Shown: positions 1-20,859 of the stretch, piece after piece
How positions within the stretch are numbered: the first letter of the stretch is position 1
Layout of the letters: each line of letters opens with the position of its first letter
Origin: Trichinella spiralis
Taxonomy: Eukaryota
Reading direction: 5' to 3'
Length of the DNA stretch: 45,630 nucleotides
Assembly (NCBI RefSeq): GCF_000181795.1
Contig: NW_003526945.1
Coordinates: 5,097,282-5,142,911, forward strand
Position numbers and translations under genes: made by a program
The notes under the pieces: generated by a model
Database searches by the model: none
Seen by the model: only the letters and a program-made list of their open reading frames with translations
What the model was told of the DNA's origin: nothing

Positions 1-208
1 TGTCGGTTTGTGTAAACAACGGACGGTGTACAATAATCAACATATGAGGGTTTTTGGAATCAATTAACTGATATGTGAATTGAAACGTTTATGCACGTTT
101 AATATTTCACAAATGTTCCGTTAAAAAGGTTTTCACAAAGCAAAACGAAAGAAAAGAAGCAATTGGCCAACTGATATCTAACGTACGTTATGTAAAACAG
201 CATTATCA

Positions 209-229
209 TATTATTATTATTATTATTAT

Positions 230-267
<38 letters not shown>

Positions 268-268
268 T
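209..268. repeat. Compound microsatellite (TAT)n(TAG)n
   Basis: Directly visible trinucleotide runs. Confidence 0.95.
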
Positions 269-1182
269 TGCCAATGTCATTATTATAAATTAGCATATTT
301 CAATATTATTCTCAAATATAAACACTGGGTTGTTGTTGTTTTATTAGTAAAGGATTTCATTTCAATAATTATTTCATCCAAATGTGTCAGAAAAATTAGT
401 TCCACCTCTTAATTCAAATTCAATGACAAATGATGCTAGCCGGATGACGTCATTTTATCTCGACGACAATCAGTTGAATAAATTGCTAAATTTAAACAAA
501 AAAGGCATATTTTTCCAATTTCAACAAACCAACAATGATCAGAAAAGTTTGAAATTCCATCAGTAAGAGAATAACAATGAAAAATATGCTGATCGAATAG
601 ATGATGAATAGAGGAAATTACTAATTTGTATTATTTCTCTAATGCTATTTATTTTTTCTTTGGTGTCAGTGTTGTTCAGATGATCATATTTTAAAAAATT
701 TATAAATCAAAGAGTAAACGAAAAATAAGAAGCAGATACTTTTTTCTATCAATCAGAAGAAAAAATGACATTAAGAAATTTTTAAAACATGTGCATTTGA
801 ATTTTGCTTTTCTTTTGTTTGATTGTTAATATTGAAAAGCCAAATGATGCTTCGTGTATTCTTTTCAATTATTCAGTGATTTCAATAAACGTTCATCTTC
901 ACAGGCCAGAGTGGTGCATAAATAATAATAATAATAATATTAATAATAATGGAATGATAATTTTATTATGCTTCACTTATATTGGACAACAGATGGCGTG
1001 GTTTGGAGAAGTTTATCGGGTTGTTGTGAGTGTGCATGTGTTGTGACGTCGTCGATGCCAATCGATGCTTTTTATTATTGGCTGTCGGCCAGGAACGGCA
1101 TGCTTGCTTGGCCAGCAGATGGAGCTAGCTGATATCGCTTACGTTGTCACGTAGGCCAAGCTTTGCAGCTTGTTCAGAGGAG

Positions 1183-1231
1183 CTCTGCTACTGCTATTGC
1201 TGCTGTTGCTGTTGCTGCTGTTGCTTTTGCT
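1183..1231. repeat. Imperfect (CTG/TTG)n microsatellite
   Basis: Directly visible. It explains the poly-Leu ORF 1170-1397. Confidence 0.9.
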
Positions 1232-1703
1232 AGTTCCACTTCAACACTGTTCTCCATTATTCATTTCTCCAACTCTACATACTACTAATTGTCATTCCAA
1301 ATTCCCCCATTTCATTTCCATTCCCTTCCCTTCCCTTATATCCAACATTTATCAGTTGTCGGTTGTTTTTCTCTTTTTAGCTTTTCGCATCAATTGACCA
1401 GTGATTTTTCAACTGGAAACCTCTTTCATTCACAAATAGTTCACCGTATGATATGATGATAGTGAACGAAAAATGGAAGAAATGAATACACACGTATGTC
1501 ATGCCCGTCCGTACACACGCGTATATATCTATATATAATTGATAATATGATCTGTACGTATACGCGTGTGTGTGTTCGCATGCATATGTATGTATAGAGA
1601 GAGAGATAGAATTATACGTATGCGGGATTTTGTTTGACTTTTCGTCTGTCGACAAAGTATTTTTTCAAATTAAAAGCCAAAGAGAAGAAGAAAAAGACAG
1701 AGT

Positions 1704-6402
<4,699 letters not shown>

Positions 6403-6567
6403 AATACAACAAATGGAAGAAGTAAGCAGAAAATTATTTATTTATTTATTATTTATTCCATTATGAACTTTGTTTTGTTTGTTGCTCAACTATATATCCA
6501 ATGTTCATTTATAACTGCTGATTTTTTTCCCCCCAATAAGCTGAATTCATTTACTTTATTCAAAATA

Positions 6568-6688
6568 TCACCACCACCACTACCACCAGCAACAACAACA
6601 ACACAGCAATGAGTATATTCGTTGAAGTTGTCGTTTGTTGGTTTATTTGATGCACAATATGCCGTTAGTGATATACAACATGGTCCAT

Positions 6689-6723
<35 letters not shown>

Positions 6724-6806
6724 TTCAAATGCATCCATTCAACTACTACTACTACTACTACTATTGCTGCTGCTGCTGCTGTTGCAATAATGATGTTGTT
6801 GTTGTT
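6568..6806. repeat. Microsatellite cluster (CAC, CAA, TG, CTA, CTG, TGT) downstream of the PDE stop
   Basis: Directly visible adjacent short tandem runs. Confidence 0.9.
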
Positions 6807-7658
6807 GGCCTTCGGTGGTGCTGTTGCTGTAAATTTTGATGTTGATTCAAAGTTTGAAATTGAAAATGAATAAAATGCACCAAAAGCTTGTTGCATTGTA
6901 GGCTGCTTGTGCAATTATGAATTGTTCCTTTTTCAACTGTTACAATTCAACCAGATTCTTTTGATTTCAACGATTCAAAAAGCAGCATGTGTTGTTGGAA
7001 ATGTAAAAAAAATTGGAAAAAAAACTTCAAAATCGTAAATTTCGTTGGCCGAACACACATGCCGTTTGAAAAGCACACACATACTTTTTTGTTTTTTCAC
7101 TTCTTGTTCGTTCTTCTCCCTATCTCTTCTCTCTTTATCAACGTTGTAACTTAAAATTTACATTCTATCCAAAGCGTTTTTGTTTGAAATATTTTACACA
7201 ACAAACAACTCCTGTTTTGTTGTTTCAGCTAGCCAGCTTGAAGATTCGAGCTATTCTGACTGACAATAATAATACAATGCTAGTAGATTCTGTTGCAATC
7301 TTCTTCCGAGTCATCCGACATCCATCCGATCGTCGTTATTTTGTTTTTTGAATTTTTTTGTCTTTTTTGGAAAAATCAAACAATTTAAAAGAACATATCA
7401 AACGAGAGAAGCATGGAAGAGAAATTAGTTCAAAGTTTTACTTTCACCTACACCATTCACAAAAATGATGGAAACGGATAAATATGCAAAACAATCCCTG
7501 CACCGTTTACAAAAAGAATTTAAATTTTATATATTGCTTAGATAATTGAAAAGAGATGTGGAAATTTTGACGAGAAAAATTTTTAAGCTACAATAAATAT
7601 CGACCGATGGAGTAGGTGAAGAATAAAGAATTTCACGTTGTCCTGTGATACCGGAATT

Positions 7659-12261
<4,603 letters not shown>

Positions 12262-12824
12262 GATTCAGCTAAAATGTTCAATAATACATAAAATTATTAA
12301 ATAATCACCTTAAATCAGAATAAATTATAATTAAATTTTATCATTTGGAAATTTTAAATATTTTAAGTTCACCTTCTGTGTATTGATTGAAACACCGAGT
12401 AAATCCACGTCACCGTAATCTCTGTCAATCTGCCCGTACGACTACCTGCATTTTATCAACTTTAATTTGTTTTAATAAAACTTTTCATCAAATTTTAGAA
12501 TAAATTTTGTAATTTTTGCGTTTTTTAACGACGAAAATGACAATTGTGAACAACAAAACAAACTTGTCCATTCGAGCTTAATTTTTATGAAATGAAATTA
12601 TTAAAAAAAATACATATAATTTATTATTTTAAAAGTTTTTGAAACATTAAAAATTAATTATTTTCAATTTCATATATTTATAATGCAGTTGAAATAATGA
12701 TACGTTTGTTTTGTAGCTGAAATATATTGTACCTGAATCTCTTTAACCTGTGGGGAACATTTGTTTTATTCGACGTTCCGTTGTTGTTGTGGTATAAGTT
12801 GTTTGTTGTTTTCGTTGGTTGAAG
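12262..12824. promoter_or_regulatory. Probable shared bidirectional promoter/outron region between AMPK alpha and C2orf69
   Basis: Divergent ATGs 563 nt apart with an extremely AT-rich core. Acceptor TTTTAG 7 nt upstream of the AMPK ATG, a probable UTR exon at ~12373-12446 (-) and a TTGTAG acceptor at 12711-12716 (+). Confidence 0.55.
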
Positions 12825-13688
12825 ATGGCGTATGTGGTGACTTCTTCGAAGGAAGAATATTTAATGACACGTATGCAGGGTGTGGAAGGTTACTGTGGAA
12901 AATTTAACGACATCCTTTGTTGTCGTAAGTCGACAGTTGAAAACTTCGATTCATTTGTGATATTTTTTCATGGTGATGTGCAGCATTTTGAACATTTCAT
13001 GAATCGTGGTATCTACGCGAAACAGTACGTAGCATGGAGTTTGGAAGCCACCGCGAAGTTGCTGTCCAACAAGTTCCCGAACAGTTTCATCATTATTATT
13101 CGAGCTTCTGATGTGCGTTCTTATCCGATTGTTAATTATGTCAACTTCGTGTGTTGCCGAAACTCGGTTTATTCAGGAAATGACAGTAGTCATTCTGCCC
13201 TGGACCACTTGGCCTCACTGTTCGATGCTGTGATTGTCAAGATGACAGCGCTTGGTGTGAAGTTGGACTACCTGCGTCCGATTCATTTAATTGGTTTTAG
13301 CAAGGGCTCGACTGCCATTAACGAATTGGTTCTCGAATTCGTCAATGTAATTCGCAATGTCAAGTCCCCACCGCATAATGTTCTTAACAGAGTGGTGTCG
13401 ATTCACTGGCTCGATGCCGGGCATTCAGGAAATTCGGACGTCTGGATCACCAACGGGGATCTTATCCGCGCACTGGTCGAAGCATTGCCGAACGTTTCTT
13501 TCTTCATCCATCTGACTCCGTATCAAATGAAGGACCGGAACAGACCTTGGATTGCCGAAGAGGAGAAGCAGTTCTCAAGCCACTTACTCACGCACAACGC
13601 AAAGGTGAAACGTAAAGAGTACATGCAAGACGAAAATACATCCCTTGAAAATCATTTCCGTTTGCTGGAACAGTTTGATCCTAACTAG
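12825..13688 (+). CDS. C2orf69: UPF0565 / C2orf69 homolog (predicted alpha/beta-hydrolase), single coding exon
   Basis: Uninterrupted 287-aa ORF from ATG 12825 with family motifs FFHGDVQ, WSLEATA.LL..KFP, LIGFSKG, WLDAGHSG, HLTPYQ..D..RPWI..EE..F and SLENHF. Confidence 0.88.
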   Translation: MAYVVTSSKEEYLMTRMQGVEGYCGKFNDILCCRKSTVENFDSFVIFFHGDVQHFEHFMNRGIYAKQYVAWSLEATAKLLSNKFPNSFIIIIRASDVRSYPIVNYVNFVCCRNSVYSGNDSSHSALDHLASLFDAVIVKMTALGVKLDYLRPIHLIGFSKGSTAINELVLEFVNVIRNVKSPPHNVLNRVVSIHWLDAGHSGNSDVWITNGDLIRALVEALPNVSFFIHLTPYQMKDRNRPWIAEEEKQFSSHLLTHNAKVKRKEYMQDENTSLENHFRLLEQFDPN

Positions 13689-15957
13689 CGCGCTGAACCA
13701 AGCCTGTTTACCGATTGATTTGAGCAATTGAATGCTTTTTACAATGGACACTAGTTCTGTGGTGATGATTAAAATTTATGATATAATTCGTTTTTCAATT
13801 TTGAATTCACATTTGCCGTAACTGTCGTAAAACTGAAACAGTGCTCATTGATAAACGATCAAGATTGTCATTTCAAAAAGAACTATGCGCTTCAATGTAT
13901 ATATATATATATATATACTGCTGAAATTGTAAAAGCAAAATGTTGCACTTATGTAGCTGAGAAAAATTGTATGCAATGTAAACAATTTTTTATCGAATTA
14001 TTTCATAATTTTATTTCCAATTCACTTTCATCACGTAACGTCTATGGGCGGTTTTCTCTTGTTTTGTCATCCATGCTGTGAAATGGTGCATTTACGCTGC
14101 ACCTAGCGGACGTTTTAAATTATTTTCAATTTCTGTCGTTGTAAATAATAGTTATGCAATATAAACAATACGATAAAAAATAAAATAATTGTTTTATAAT
14201 TAAAAAATTCATATTAAAAAGTTATTTCTAAATACAGTATGATATGATGCATCGATATATTTGTATCAAAAATTTTAACATTCATCAAAAATAAGTAATT
14301 TATTTTTCATTCAAACATTTTTTAAGTATTTGTTTTTTCTTTTTTTATTATTATAATTTTGTATTATCATTCTATTTTTTGAACTTGATTTACCTTTTTG
14401 TACCATACTATAATATTTTAGCAGTTCGTATGTTCGCATTAACGTCTGTTGATATGCTGGGGTCTGTTTGTTTTTTCATATTGCACTGCACAGAATAGAT
14501 ATATGTACACAAATGTTTACAGAATGTAAAGAGCTAATTATGGAGGAGTGGTTTTTGTGTAAAGTATCCCCAATGCGTTACTTGAAATTGCGGGAACATA
14601 TGTCTACTTTAATAGTTGCACATCAGTCAACAGCTTATTGTTTTTATTGTATTATTACTTATTTAGGTATATTTCTTGCTTTGATATTTTATTTAGTTAT
14701 ATTTTAAAATGTTTAGTTAATATTATAAGATGTGTATGAATTTTACCACTTCGTCACAAGCAAGATATAGATTGTTGTTTCACAGGTCATCATCGGACAC
14801 GTTGATAAGACAGATAAGTTGAAAAAGTTGTGCCCGTGTTAGAAGCGACTACGATTTGGAAATATTATACGTTCATTATTAATTCATATTCAGCCGAGTT
14901 ATCGTCGAACGAATGAATGAATTAGTGTTCAAAGTCGGCAAATTTAAGAGGCTTATGATGATAATTTTTCTTTTGTTTTCTTTGAAATGAATCGAGTCAG
15001 TTGCTTGCTTATGAAATGAAGAACCGGAGGGAAGAATAAATTTGCGCAGCCATTGTTGATAAGAGTTATTAGCTTCATCTCGCAGTTGAACGCAGTGAAC
15101 AATTTTGAACTTGCAAAAGCATGCCTGCTCCTCTTTCCAGTGATCTGCAATAGATGAATGAAGTTTTATTTGAATTATTTTCATTCGTGGTTGTCAGTTT
15201 GGTTTCAAGTTCAGCTTGTGCATTTTTGTTCAATTTGCTCGTCAAGTTGGGGCGATTGGGGCAGAGCGCAAAATTTTGATGGCTTTTGTTTGCAGGCTAT
15301 ATATACCTGACGAGACGCTGTTTCGTCGTAAATCCGGTCTAAACTTGTTGAGCAGCACTCTACCTCGCTTACTCTGAAAATTTGCAGGTAAAATGATTGG
15401 CTTGTTAATTTTCAGCGTCAGTTATTTGAATTTACTTTTTGCAATCAATTGTTTGCACTTGCTTCAAATGTACACACAACGGGCGTTTATTACTAGTTGA
15501 TTGTACCGCGCCAAAAAGTATATTTGGTAATGCATGCAGTTTTAAGCATTATTACCGTTTTGTAAATTGTTTGATATTTTGGTATTTCAACTTTTGAAGT
15601 TTTTTTGTTTTTCTCAAGTAGATATGTTTGTTTTATAATGGTGATGGGTTGGGAACGTTGAAATTTTTCGCAATTTGTCGGTCTCCCTGTCAGCATTATT
15701 CTTGTTCTTATTATCATTATTATGTTCAACTAGCAATGTATAAAACGTTTGCTGAATTATTTTTCAAATTATAACTTCTCCTGCTCAAGTAAATGTGCAT
15801 CATGGCTAAAATGATTAATCAGTTTCAATGACGGAGAAATTTCAGTCTCTTTTATAAATCATAATTTTCCACTTTTATAAATAGATCCATGTTCAGTGAT
15901 TTTCAATTCAACATTCAAGTTGCGAGAAGTAATACACTATACATTTATTTTAGAGAA

Positions 15958-18900
15958 ATGATTCGAACAAGTTTAATAGCAGTGACCGTATTTAAAGAAC
16001 ATCTACAAGTTGTTCGCAGTTCGTCAATGAAGCACATATCCTCATTACAAGGCGTTCGTCAGTTCAGTTCCATAGATTCGCACGGCAATTCGATGTTCAA
16101 GCAGTACGTGGAGATGAAAGAAGTAAGTGTCTTTATCATTTTATTAATTGGCTCTTATGAGTTTTCGTCTGATTATCAAAGTATGAAAGTATAAATTTGT
16201 AAAATGTATAGTCAGTCATCTTTACAACTTGAAATGCAGTTTCATGTCGATTGCACGCTTTAATTTGATTATTCACGCGAACGTTTGCATCGGTGAAAAA
16301 TTTATGAACATCAATAACATCACAGATCGCTGCAAGATTTACTTTTCACTGTGAACTGTGAAAAGTGCAAAATTATTATAATGCTAAGATCTATCGTATT
16401 TGACAATCAAGTACTTATATGATTTTTGGCTTTGGTTCGTATTGTACTATGTCTGCGATGATATGCTGTACGTTTTTTTTTGTGCTGTTGTCGTCTACAG
16501 TTTTTTGGTTTTATTTTATTGGTATTACTTGATTTGGAAGATCGCTGACATGCAGTTGCTACTTTAAATTGACCAGTTATTAGTTTAACTTGCCAGTTGT
16601 GCACTCGCTTAGAAGCTTAATGTTAAGTGGCAGGTACATTTTTGGATCAGATCAGATCAGATCAAATCAAGTAAATTAAGAAATGAATGTGTGGATAAAA
16701 GTGATGAAAGTGTGTTGTTTTTAATTTGCTGTTAACTGATGTTTGTTGTTGATTTTTGTTTAAACCTAATTGTTGTTTGACAATAGTTCACTGACAGCTT
16801 TTCTAAACGTCATATATATATATATCGCTGTTACCTAATGTTTGTTAAAATGACGTTGTATCAGGTAACATATTTGATAATTTCAAATTTAAAAGTTCTT
16901 TCTAAAATATTTTCAAATAATCTAATCGAGCTGATTGGAAACTTCTTCTAACTTTTTCTTGCAAGCGACAATTTAAAATTTAAAACTAAAGTCGTTGAAG
17001 CAACAATCATGTCAGACGGCGTCAGTTGTGCATGGTGAAAAATGCGACGTAAGATTTCAGAATCGGTTGTTCAACGTTTTCTGCTATATTTACATCAAGA
17101 AAGATTTAAAGCGAGTTTGAAAGTTTTGAGAAAAATTCATTTTCATGTGCAATCCTTTTGCTTTTGTCTTCATTTATACATGTAATATAATTACTATTTT
17201 TTTAATTTACTTAAACTTTACATACTGGATATTACACATATTTTTGAATCATCACTTATTAATAGATTTTATTTACATTGTCATATTTGTACAGATCACT
17301 GTGAGTAGACTTTTTTGATTGTCAATTCTGGCCGGCAAACAAACAGTTTAAGCTTAAGATTAATTTAGTAAATAGTTCTTGGAGACCTAATTAACGCATC
17401 GGGCATTTCGTGTTTGTAATGCATGACGTTTTGCTTGAATGCATGAATAGTATCGACGACAGTATTTTTATTTAATAATTATTTGTACATGAAATGATCA
17501 TGCGTAAGTTATTTTTAGCAGTAATTTTATCCCGTCTCGGTTTCGTTAGTCTTCTTTTAGCACAACGTAAAACTGATTTGTAATTTTTTTCATGGATATG
17601 TGCAGATTTTTTAAAATTATTGCTTACATTTAAAGATAGGTTTCTAAAATATTTTATAATTGGTTGAAAAAACATTGTAAAAATAAATTTTCACATTTTA
17701 CAGATAGCGTGCGTGTTTGAAAATATGAAAAGTATGCTTTTTAAGAAATTGGATGTGATCTATTTTGAAAAATATATCATTTTACTATAAAATTATTAAT
17801 TTACGGTTAAAATTTAATGATTTAAATGAGAGGAAAATTTCAGATAAAAAGGTTCATGGTCAGTTCTTTGACCAAAGTTGGCGCCGATGTTTCCCACGCC
17901 GACGCCTTGGCTGAAGTTCTCATTGATGCCGATTATCGAGGCCATTACAGTCACGGCTTGAATCGTTTAGGTAAGTGCTATTTTGAATAAAATGCCGCCG
18001 ATTAATGTTTTCCAACAAGAGATGTTTTATACAATTGCTCTTTGCATCGGCTTTTTCCAGTTTAATGATGTGCAATTTTAGACATGTACATCAGAGATTT
18101 TGTGACCGGCATTTGCAGCGTCTCTGGATCTCCAAAGGTGGTGAAAGAGAACATGGCCACTGCTTTGGTTGATGGAAACAATCTGCTTGGTCCTGTTGTT
18201 GGAAAATTTTGCATAGAATTGGCCATGCAAAAGGCTGACAAGTGTGGAATTTCGATGGTCGTTGCCAAAAGTATGCAATTGAGAAAATCACTTTTCGGTG
18301 AAGATGAGACTTTTCTGTCGCTCCATTTTAGATTCGAATCATTATGGGATTGCTGGCCACTATCCGTTGTGCGCTGCGTCCAAAGGGTTCATTGTAAGCG
18401 TGTTTAAAACTGTCGTGCATTTTCTACTTTTATATTGTTAGATTAGATCAGTGGTTCCCAAAGTGGGGACCGTGGAGGCATTGCTGAGGAGGGTCCACGG
18501 AGACATTTTCAGATGTCCACTCCTTCATTTTATTTAATTTCAATTGAAATTGCTAAGAACTGTCTGACATAACGCGCCACGTCGATGCCTCATTTACACA
18601 TTCAGTTCATTCCATCCAATACAACAACTACTCTGGTTCCAAGACCCCTTACCGTACTCCCTCCTTTTTCCTGCATATCCAATGAACTGTAAGGGGGAGC
18701 ACGGCGACATGAGGGTTACCGAGGGGGTCCATGGCCGGTTCAATTTTGGGAACCACTGGATTAGATGGTTTAATTCATTAAATTAAAATGTGTTTCGAAA
18801 ATATTTGAATCAGCACGACTGATTGTTTATCTGATTTTATGGATTTATTTTTCTTTTTTAACCACAGGGAATGTCTTTTACAAACACATCACCGTTTGTA

Positions 18901-20063
18901 TTGCCAACTAATGGAAAGCAGGTAAAATTTAGCGTATATTTTTGATTTTGAAATTTCCAACTGCACAAGCCTCGTTCGATTTCGCCTGTTTAGCCAATGT
19001 ACGGAACAAATCCGATTGCTTTCGTTGCTCCGGCTGAGGGATCGGACAACTTTGCTTTGGACATGGCCACCACCACAGTTGCGTTGGGTAAAATTGAACT
19101 GGCTGAACGCAAAGGGGAAAAAATGCCCAGTTCGTGGGCCGCAGACAAGACAGGGAAGGTGAGCGTTTAATTTGTGCCCGATTATTCCATTGTTCGACGT
19201 TGTATAATTGGAGGAAACCAACAACCCTTCGGATGCGTTGTCTGGCGGAGCTTTGTTGCCATTAGGTGGTATGGAAGTTACAGGTAATAATTCATTGTCT
19301 GTGTATTCGTATGTTGGAAAAGTTTCCTTGCAAATTAACCAACTTGAAGTGAAAATCAATTCGAGATGATTTTATAATTTTTGACTTGAACTGAAGACAA
19401 AACTAATTGCTGATAACAAAGGGAAAAATTTATTGAAGTCGATAATGAATGGTTTTCAAGTGTGGTCGTTTTAGGTGGCTACAAAGGTTACGGTCTCGGT
19501 TGTATGGTCGAGATACTTTGCGGTATTTTGGCGGATGCTGCATGGGGTCCATATATCCGTCGCTGGAAAGATGGGACCAAGAAAGCGAATTTGGTAAATG
19601 GCATGCTAGAATTTCATTTGATATCGTCATCTCTTTACGCCGAATAGTTTGCTTTTTTCTCTCTGCAATTCAGGGTCAGTGTTTTATTGCTGTTAAATTG
19701 GATGATTTTGCACCGAATTTTCGCACTCGGCTTCAGACGTTTTTGAATACACTGCGTGCCGAAGAATCGGTGACCATCAATTAATTCTATTTTTCAGTGC
19801 TTTTTTTCCTTTACAATGGCTATTCTAGATTGATCCAGAAATGCCAGTTCTTGTAGCAGGAGATCCCGAGCGTCTGCACATGAAGCTTTGTGACGATTTG
19901 GGTGGTATTCCGTATCATCCGAATCAAATTCAGTATATGGTACGATTATTATTATTAATTGAGAATTTTTTTAAATGAAATATGTTGTTTTTTATTATTT
20001 TTTTAGTTTGACATCGCAGAGCGCTTTCAGCTTCAAAAGCCGAAAGTGCAAACGATCAAATAG
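15958..20063 (+). CDS. Ldh_2-family (type 2 malate/L-lactate/sulfolactate dehydrogenase-like) oxidoreductase with probable mitochondrial presequence
   Basis: 11 phase-consistent exons: 15958-16122, 17844-17970, 18082-18270, 18332-18393, 18868-18921, 18994-19158, 19214-19283, 19475-19593, 19674-19769, 19829-19939, 20007-20063 (404 aa). Motifs [63 protein letters not shown]. Possible non-coding exon at 15296-15387. Confidence 0.92.
18449..18758. mobile_element. Non-autonomous hAT (Charlie-like) MITE in Ldh_2 intron 4
   Basis: Perfect 14-bp terminal inverted repeats CAGTGGTTCCCAAA...TTTGGGAACCACTG. Exact 8-bp target-site duplication GATTAGAT at 18441-18448 and 18759-18766. Subterminal GGGTCCA(C/T)GG motifs. 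310 bp with no coding capacity. Confidence 0.92.
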
Positions 20064-20859
20064 AAAACGTTCAGATTAGCAGTTACACTTGATATCACAT
20101 TTGCATAGTGAAAGTTTCACAGAATTTTTACAAACAGCGAATGTTAGATATTTTGCGCATCAGCCGAATAGGATGACTACTGAAGATTTATTAAATGAAT
20201 AAAAAATTGTCAAAACATTATCTGGAATGCGTGCGTTGCTATCTTTTCTCCTTGTATAGGGTGCATAATCTATACGCGCATAAATTGGTTTAAAAAAAGT
20301 ATCCTCTGATGAGGAATCGTAAGTGGAGTCTATGATGAAATAATTCATAATATATTAATATGATTTTTTATTTATTTATAATTTTTAAAATAAAAGAAAC
20401 GTGTGATTTTAAAGTTCAGGAATGTTTAAATTGTTTAAAGTGATGTTTAAAGAACAGCATTTAATCTACCAAACATTTTGGTTAGCGCACTCGTGGTGAA
20501 TACTGCTCTCGACATTGTTGCAAAGTAAAGTATCTTTTCAATTTAGCATTATTTTTACGTCTGGTATCTGTTTATCAAGGTATGAAAATTATTGTTTTTT
20601 ATATTATTATTTGCTTGTATTCTTTTTAAAGCCTTCATATTAATATGACCAGTATTTGTTTATAGATTTTTCTGACGCAATTCATTAATTCATTCTTACT
20701 CTTAATGTTGAAAGTGCATTTAAATAATTAAATTTATCATAATTTTGTTTACAAATCAGGAACAATTTGCATTCTTGCTAAAGAAGCTACGCTGATACTG
20801 CTGAACGAAATTTGAAAATTATAACGCCAAAGCAAACTTTTACAAATCCTGAAGTGACA

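Noticed and set aside
99..1397. Short ORFs with poly-T/N/L tracts, including a signal-peptide-like poly-Leu ORF at 1170-1397
   Set aside because: They are translations of microsatellites, often with non-ATG starts and no splice or homology support.
6486..6914. ORFs with poly-A/V/T/N runs on both strands
   Set aside because: Explained by the microsatellite cluster downstream of the PDE.
14786..14842. VIIGHVD peptide resembling the G1 motif of translation GTPases
   Set aside because: It lacks the GKS/T continuation and stops after 18 codons, so it is coincidental.
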